A DNA stretch of 34,519 nucleotides, taken from contig JAOPZY010000114.1 of the NCBI GenBank assembly GCA_025963875.1, forward strand, positions 1 to 34,519. The letters are read 5' to 3'. Source of the stretch: Actinomycetota bacterium. GTDB taxonomy: Bacteria > Actinomycetota > CADDZG01 > JAHWKV01 > JAOPZY01. The translations under genes were made by a program, and so were the position numbers. Shown piece after piece: positions 29,891-34,519 of the stretch; the first letter of the stretch is position 1; every line of letters begins with the position of its first letter. The notes under the pieces were generated by a model that worked only from the letters and a program-made list of their open reading frames with translations, ran no database searches and was not told the DNA's origin.

Positions 29891-30097
29891 GAATCGCAAA
29901 TAGGCGCGGATTGGTTGTAAGCTTCCCAACAGAAGTGTTCTGCTCGCGGAAGGGGGTGATGTCCGCTATGAGATGAGCTTGCGTTGGAACCGTCCTCGTC
30001 CGGCACTGCCGGATCCCAGAGAACTCAGGACGGACCCCTGTTTCTCGTTTCGAATTCCTTTCAGGTCACCCTTCACATCATCTCAGAGGAGAAAAAG

Positions 30098-30295
30098 ATG
30101 GCTAACCAGTACGCATGTGCGAACGCCGGTGCCTCGACGTGTGGCTTCCGGACCACCTGGACCGACGAGGCCGACCTCCGGCGCCAGATCGCCAACCACC
30201 TGGTGACGGTCCACGAGGTCAAGACCCCGACCGCGACGATCGTGAACTACCTCGTCAAGGTCGCCAAGGACATGTCGGGCCAGGTCCAGCACTGA
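30098..30295 (+). CDS. DUF1059-like small putative metal-binding protein, 65 aa
   Basis: MANQYACANAGASTCGF...DEADL..QIANHLVTVH (C-x7-C...H-x4-H). RBS GAGGAG. Confidence 0.75.
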   Translation: MANQYACANAGASTCGFRTTWTDEADLRRQIANHLVTVHEVKTPTATIVNYLVKVAKDMSGQVQH

Positions 30296-30310
30296 GCACC
30301 GCAGCGTTAT

Positions 30311-30349
30311 GACGAGGCCGGGCCCGTGGGCCCGGCCTCGTTGCATTTC
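30311..30349 (+). terminator. Intrinsic terminator-like hairpin
   Basis: ACGAGGCCGGGCCC-GT-GGGCCCGGCCTCGT followed by TGCATTTC. Confidence 0.7.
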
Positions 30350-30366
30350 TAGAGCCCAGGTCACTT

Positions 30367-30413
30367 TTCTTTGAGTATGAAACGACGCTGTACGTCGATC
30401 TATGCTCAAAGAA
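30367..30413. repeat. 47-bp palindromic element, copy 3
   Basis: TTCTTTG agtatgaaacgacg ctgta cgtcgatctatgct CAAAGAA. Confidence 0.85.
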
Positions 30414-30433
30414 TCCATCCCTCGTTGCTTCCT

Positions 30434-30453
30434 ATGTGCTACAAATAGCATAT
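30434..30453. promoter_or_regulatory. Probable vapBC autoregulatory operator
   Basis: ATGTGCTA-CAAA-TAGCATAT, 7/8 inverted repeat overlapping the antitoxin start. Confidence 0.6.
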
Positions 30454-30727
30454 GACGAGCGTCGGGGTACGAGAACTGCGCCAGCGAGCGAGCGAGCTGC
30501 TGCGCCGGGTCGAGGCGGGCGAAGTGTTCGAGGTCACCGACCGGGGCCGCCCGGTTGCCCTCCTCGGCCCTCTTCCCGCTGGCGCGGAGCTGGACCGCCT
30601 CCGGGCCTCCGGTGAACTGGAGGAGGCAACGGTCGACTTGGACGACCTCCCGGAGCCGCTGGCCCTTCCCGCTGGGCAGGAACCGCCGTCGAGCGTCTTG
30701 GCCCGCCTTCGCCGCGATGAGCGCTGA
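30452..30727 (+). CDS. vapB: Phd/YefM-family antitoxin
   Basis: VGVRELRQRASELLRRVEAGE...VTDRGRPVA. Confidence 0.9.
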   Translation: MTSVGVRELRQRASELLRRVEAGEVFEVTDRGRPVALLGPLPAGAELDRLRASGELEEATVDLDDLPEPLALPAGQEPPSSVLARLRRDER

Positions 30728-31118
30728 GCGGGCCGTTTACGTCGATTCGTCGGCCATCGTCAAGCTCGCCGTGCGGGAGCCCGAGTCGGCGGCCCTTCGT
30801 CGCTACCTCCGTTCCCGCCGTCCGTTGATTGCCAGCGCTCTCGCGAGGACCGAGGTTCTGCGGGCTCTGCTTCCACTCGGCGACGAGGCGCTTCGCAGAG
30901 GGCGGCAGGTGCTCAAGACGATCGAGCTCGCCCGCGTGAGCGATCGTGTGCTCGACACCGCGGGAGGGTTGCCGCCGCCCGAGCTCCGCTCGCTCGACGC
31001 TATCCACCTGGCCACCGCAGCGCAGCTCCGGGCCTCGATTGCGAGGATCGTCACCTACGACGAGCGCATGGTCGCTGCAGCGGAGGCGGCCGGTTTCTCC
31101 GTGGCATCCCCCGCTTGA
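30717..31118 (+). CDS. vapC: PIN-domain toxin
   Basis: YVDSSAIVKL..EPES, ARTEV, LRSLDAIHLATA, TYDERM; overlaps the antitoxin stop. Confidence 0.92.
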   Translation: MSAERAVYVDSSAIVKLAVREPESAALRRYLRSRRPLIASALARTEVLRALLPLGDEALRRGRQVLKTIELARVSDRVLDTAGGLPPPELRSLDAIHLATAAQLRASIARIVTYDERMVAAAEAAGFSVASPA

Positions 31119-31144
31119 GGAAGACCGGAGCCACCAAGGGCGTG

Positions 31145-32068
31145 TCAGCGTCGGCGGGACGAGCTCAGGCCCGGCGGACGGCGGATTCGCATCGGCCGGT
31201 GGCCGTTCCGCCCCCAGGCGCTGGCTGCCTCGTCTTCCTTGAGAGGAGACGGGGCTGTGAGCCACTCGTCGGTCCGGTTGTCGGCGACGATCAGGTTGGC
31301 CTGATCCCCCACACGGAAGGTATGACTCTCGGGCCACTCGTCCGGGGGGTACGCAACCCCGTCTCGACCCACCACGAGGGTTTGCAGGCGCCGGCTCAGG
31401 ATCTGCCGAGTGAAGGATCGCCGGCCGCTTTCGAAGCGAAGCGCGTCCATCTTGACCAGCAGTTCGGGGACTTCGATGTCCAGCATGAGATCACGACGAA
31501 TCAAAAACGCGTTGGTCCGGATGTGCGGGTTCGGAAATGGGGGCAACTCCGCCCACCGCTTGAGGAAATCGCGGACGAGCCACCCCCTGTCCCGAGCGCC
31601 CAGTCGTCGAGCCGGGAAAGGATCCGAAGCAATCCGCCACGGAGGAAGGAGAAGGCCCCCGCGCAGAGCGACGCTCGAGCCGGACAGGTGACTCTGCCAG
31701 GACCCGCTGGCACCAACGACTCCCACGGAGGGGCCGTGATGCCGTGCCAACTTTGCCAACCAACCGTCGTCGAGAATGACGCTGAAGGAGTTGAGAAAAC
31801 AGAACGACGTGCAGGAGAGTGCCTCGGCAGCGGCCCAGTAGGAGCCGATGTCGAAGCCCGTGTCCTCAAGCGGCAACACCGTGCCACCGTGCGGTGCAAC
31901 ACGCTCCGGATATTCCGGGGGGATGTCGGGTCCCGGAAAGCCTTTCAGGGCGATGACGAGGTCATGGTCGACCCCGGCCGGGTGCAGTTCGTACGACCGC
32001 ATGAATCGCTCGAAGGGCGCCCATCCATTGACGTGTCGCGCCAGGTGGACGACGCAGAGCTCTGGCAT
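31145..32068 (-). CDS. Uncharacterised glycan-locus protein (possibly glycosyltransferase-like)
   Basis: Last gene of the GT2 operon; GFDIGSY, CFLNSFS, HIRTNAF, FESG motifs. Confidence 0.65.
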   Translation of the reverse strand: MPELCVVHLARHVNGWAPFERFMRSYELHPAGVDHDLVIALKGFPGPDIPPEYPERVAPHGGTVLPLEDTGFDIGSYWAAAEALSCTSFCFLNSFSVILDDGWLAKLARHHGPSVGVVGASGSWQSHLSGSSVALRGGLLLPPWRIASDPFPARRLGARDRGWLVRDFLKRWAELPPFPNPHIRTNAFLIRRDLMLDIEVPELLVKMDALRFESGRRSFTRQILSRRLQTLVVGRDGVAYPPDEWPESHTFRVGDQANLIVADNRTDEWLTAPSPLKEDEAASAWGRNGHRPMRIRRPPGLSSSRRR

Positions 32069-32073
32069 GCTGC

Positions 32074-33036
32074 TCAGTTCCTCAGCAGATCTTTGACGGC
32101 GCTGCCCGACCCGGCTGAGTAGCGGTGGTAGTTGCCCACGACGAACTCCCGGACGACTCGGGGAACTCTCGCCAACCGGGGGTCCGGAAGCCGGGCCCGC
32201 GCCAACATGTGCTGCTCCTTGGCGAGCAGCCGCTGAAGGTCCCCCGCGGCCGCCTGGTCGATGGAGGCTGCCCGTTCACGCGCGACGTGCCACTTCTCCG
32301 CCTCCTGTCGCAGCGCCGAGGAGGGTGCGGGCATGGCTCCGGCAAGCAGGTCTCCCAGCCCGTATCTCTTCGGGGCTCCCACCAGGTTGGCGTCGTGCTG
32401 GCGATACTGCACGAGGGGCCGATCGATGAATGCGACCTGCGAGCGCAGTGCGATCACGAGGGCAATCCATCCGTCATGGACCCAACTCTCGGGGATCGGA
32501 ACGATGTCGGCGACGAAGCTCGCCCGGAACGCCATGGTGGCGCCCGTCACGAAGTTGGTCCTGACCAGCACGTGCAGCGCCTTCCCGCCGGCCACCAACG
32601 CCTGGTCGGCACTGCCAAAACCGAGCGACCCCGCCATCCTGACCCCCAGCGGGTTGAGGTCCCGGTCGACGATCTCGGCGTCGGTACAGACCAGGCCGAC
32701 GTCGGGGTGGTCCTCGAGCACCCTGGCGCTCGCCCGGAGCTTGTCCGGGTCCCACACGTCGTCCTGGTCGGCGAGGGCCACGATCTCTGCGGTACACAGC
32801 GAGATCGCCTTCTCGAAATTCTTGACGTAGCCGAGTCTGCGTTCGTTGGTGTGGATCCGCACGGCAAACGGCGCCACCTCCGAGAATCCCTCGAGGATGG
32901 CGAGGGTGGCGTCGGTGGATCCGTCGTCACAGACGACGAGTTCGTCGGGCGCAAGCCGCTGCCTGGCGATGCTCTCCAGCTGCGCATCGAGGAAGGCCGA
33001 GCCGTTGTACGTGCACAAGGCAACGGAGATGCTCAC
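32074..33036 (-). CDS. Glycosyltransferase family 2
   Basis: SVALCTYNG, DDGSTD, ADQDDVW, VTGAT, HDGW, YRQH. Confidence 0.93.
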   Translation of the reverse strand: MSISVALCTYNGSAFLDAQLESIARQRLAPDELVVCDDGSTDATLAILEGFSEVAPFAVRIHTNERRLGYVKNFEKAISLCTAEIVALADQDDVWDPDKLRASARVLEDHPDVGLVCTDAEIVDRDLNPLGVRMAGSLGFGSADQALVAGGKALHVLVRTNFVTGATMAFRASFVADIVPIPESWVHDGWIALVIALRSQVAFIDRPLVQYRQHDANLVGAPKRYGLGDLLAGAMPAPSSALRQEAEKWHVARERAASIDQAAAGDLQRLLAKEQHMLARARLPDPRLARVPRVVREFVVGNYHRYSAGSGSAVKDLLRN

Positions 33037-34517
33037 GCCGTACCCGGCTCGCTCACCACGGGGTCGGGAAGGGGTGCCGGCAACGCCAGGTTCGGGTTCA
33101 GGTAGGGATCCTCGACCGGCTCCTCCAGCTCCAGCGGCTCCAGCTTCGAGGAGGTGACGAAGCCGGCGAACGGCCAGTGGACGTTGCGCCGGCCCCGACG
33201 GTGTGCGGCGAGCGACAGCGAGACGATGCCGAGCTGCGCCCCTCCCGCCAACAGTTCCCGTGCCAACCCGGCGGTCAGGACGGCGCAGCCCCCCACGGCC
33301 ACCAGGTTGCGCGGCCAGGCCGGCCAGCCTGCCGGCGTCCAGCGGTCGAGGCGTTCCCCCGCAAACAAGGGCAACAGGCGACCTCCTGCGGCGGCGTAGC
33401 CGATTCCGGCGCTCGCCCCGTCCGGCGTGAGCAGGGCCGGGGCCACGACGCCCACCCCCGGCTGCGATGCGACAGCACCCAGCTCCTCCAGCCAGCGGGG
33501 ATCGTCCGGTGCGCCCTCCACCTCCAGCATCACCACGATGTCGTCCGCCGGCAGCGACCGCAGCTCCTCGCCAGCACCGACGACGTGCACACCTGGGCGA
33601 TGAGGAACTTCGTACCGCAACCGGTAGGTCGTCGACTGGTGGCTCGCCGGTTCGACCGTCGCGGGGATCCCCATGCGCGCCAGGTGCTCCCGAAGGGCGC
33701 GGCGTCCGGCCTCCTCGGCGTAGGCCTTCCTGCTCGGTGCCCGGGCGGTCGAGCCCTCAGCCATCCGCCAGTGGTACGAGACGCGGGGGACGTGATGGAT
33801 CCTGGGAGCCTGCTGCAGCGCTCGGAGGACGAAGTCATAGTCCTGCGCGCCTTCATAGCCGGTTCTGATGCCGCCGACGGACCGCACCAGTGTGGTGCGG
33901 GCCACGACGAAGTGAGCAAGGTAGTTCACGGAGAGGAAGAGGTCGGGGGACCAGCCGGGCTTGAAGAACGGCCCGGAGCGACGGTCGCCACGGTCGCTCA
34001 GCTTGTCTTCGTCGCTGTAGAAGAGGTCGGTGTCCGGCGCCTGCTGGAGGACGGCTGCCACTTCGTTCAGCGCGAACGGTGCCAGGGTGTCGTCGTGGTC
34101 GAGAAAGGCCACGTACTCTCCCTTCGCCGAGTCGATCCCGGCGTTGGTGTTGCCCGCGATGCCGCGGTTCTCGCTCAGTTCGATCAGCCGAATGCGGTCG
34201 TCCCTGGACGACTCGCGCACCATCGCCCGCGAGCGGTCGGGGTCGGTCGAGGCATCCACAAGGCAGAGCTCCCAACGGGGGTAGCTCTGGCGGATCACCG
34301 AGTCCACCATCGGCGTCAGGTACCGGTCCGGCGTGTTGAACGCCGGCACGACCACGCTGATGAGCGGGCCCAGGGCCGGGTCCATCAGCGGGCTGGCCGC
34401 ATCGTCCTCGGACCGCGCGATCCAGTCCTGGTAGGAAGCGGCCTCCTCAGCCCCGCGGCGGTCGACCAACCGCGCGAGAGCGGAGCGGCGTCTGGTCCCG
34501 GGCGGCGCCAGGCGCCC
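33033..34517 (-). CDS. Glycosyltransferase family 2 (tandem-domain type), 5' end outside the window
   Basis: SVVVPAFN, VDAS, FLDHDD, YSDEDK, FKPGWSPD, GAQDYD, YHWR. The frame is open to the window edge. Confidence 0.9.
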   Translation of the reverse strand, partial: GRLAPPGTRRRSALARLVDRRGAEEAASYQDWIARSEDDAASPLMDPALGPLISVVVPAFNTPDRYLTPMVDSVIRQSYPRWELCLVDASTDPDRSRAMVRESSRDDRIRLIELSENRGIAGNTNAGIDSAKGEYVAFLDHDDTLAPFALNEVAAVLQQAPDTDLFYSDEDKLSDRGDRRSGPFFKPGWSPDLFLSVNYLAHFVVARTTLVRSVGGIRTGYEGAQDYDFVLRALQQAPRIHHVPRVSYHWRMAEGSTARAPSRKAYAEEAGRRALREHLARMGIPATVEPASHQSTTYRLRYEVPHRPGVHVVGAGEELRSLPADDIVVMLEVEGAPDDPRWLEELGAVASQPGVGVVAPALLTPDGASAGIGYAAAGGRLLPLFAGERLDRWTPAGWPAWPRNLVAVGGCAVLTAGLARELLAGGAQLGIVSLSLAAHRRGRRNVHWPFAGFVTSSKLEPLELEEPVEDPYLNPNLALPAPLPDPVVSEPGTA

Positions 34518-34519
34518 GA

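Noticed and set aside
5600..30413. The 47-bp elements as CRISPR repeat-spacer units
   Set aside because: They are solitary and kilobases apart, the constant part is only a 7-bp inverted pair, the interiors are self-complementary, and no cas genes are present.

Overview
A high-GC actinobacterial (Actinomycetota-like) chromosomal segment. No rRNA, tRNA, CRISPR array, transposase or integrase was recognised. In order it carries: partial leuA with a Leu-rich leader-peptide attenuator; proline dehydrogenase, an HxlR regulator, a DUF899 gene and proC; pncA, a flavin oxidoreductase, an epoxide-hydrolase-like gene and an acyl-CoA synthetase; urtABCDE with a GlnR-type box; a secreted GH99/GH71-like glycosidase with six GYWLVASDGGIFSFG repeats; a UPF0158-like gene; panB with a pan-motif-like hairpin; a hydrolase; a receiver-like protein; rmlBCDA; nadE; and a surface-polysaccharide region (epimerase, AsnB-like amidotransferase, GT4, GT2s) interrupted by a DUF1059 gene and vapBC. 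The most striking unexplained signal is three dispersed intergenic elements of exactly 47 bp, TTCTTTG-N33-CAAAGAA. Their interiors are unrelated in sequence but each is self-complementary around a 5-nt centre. A fourth element has the same geometry with different ends. Many genes look leaderless (TANNNT 5-7 nt before the start codon). All family assignments come from motif recognition by eye, not from database searches.
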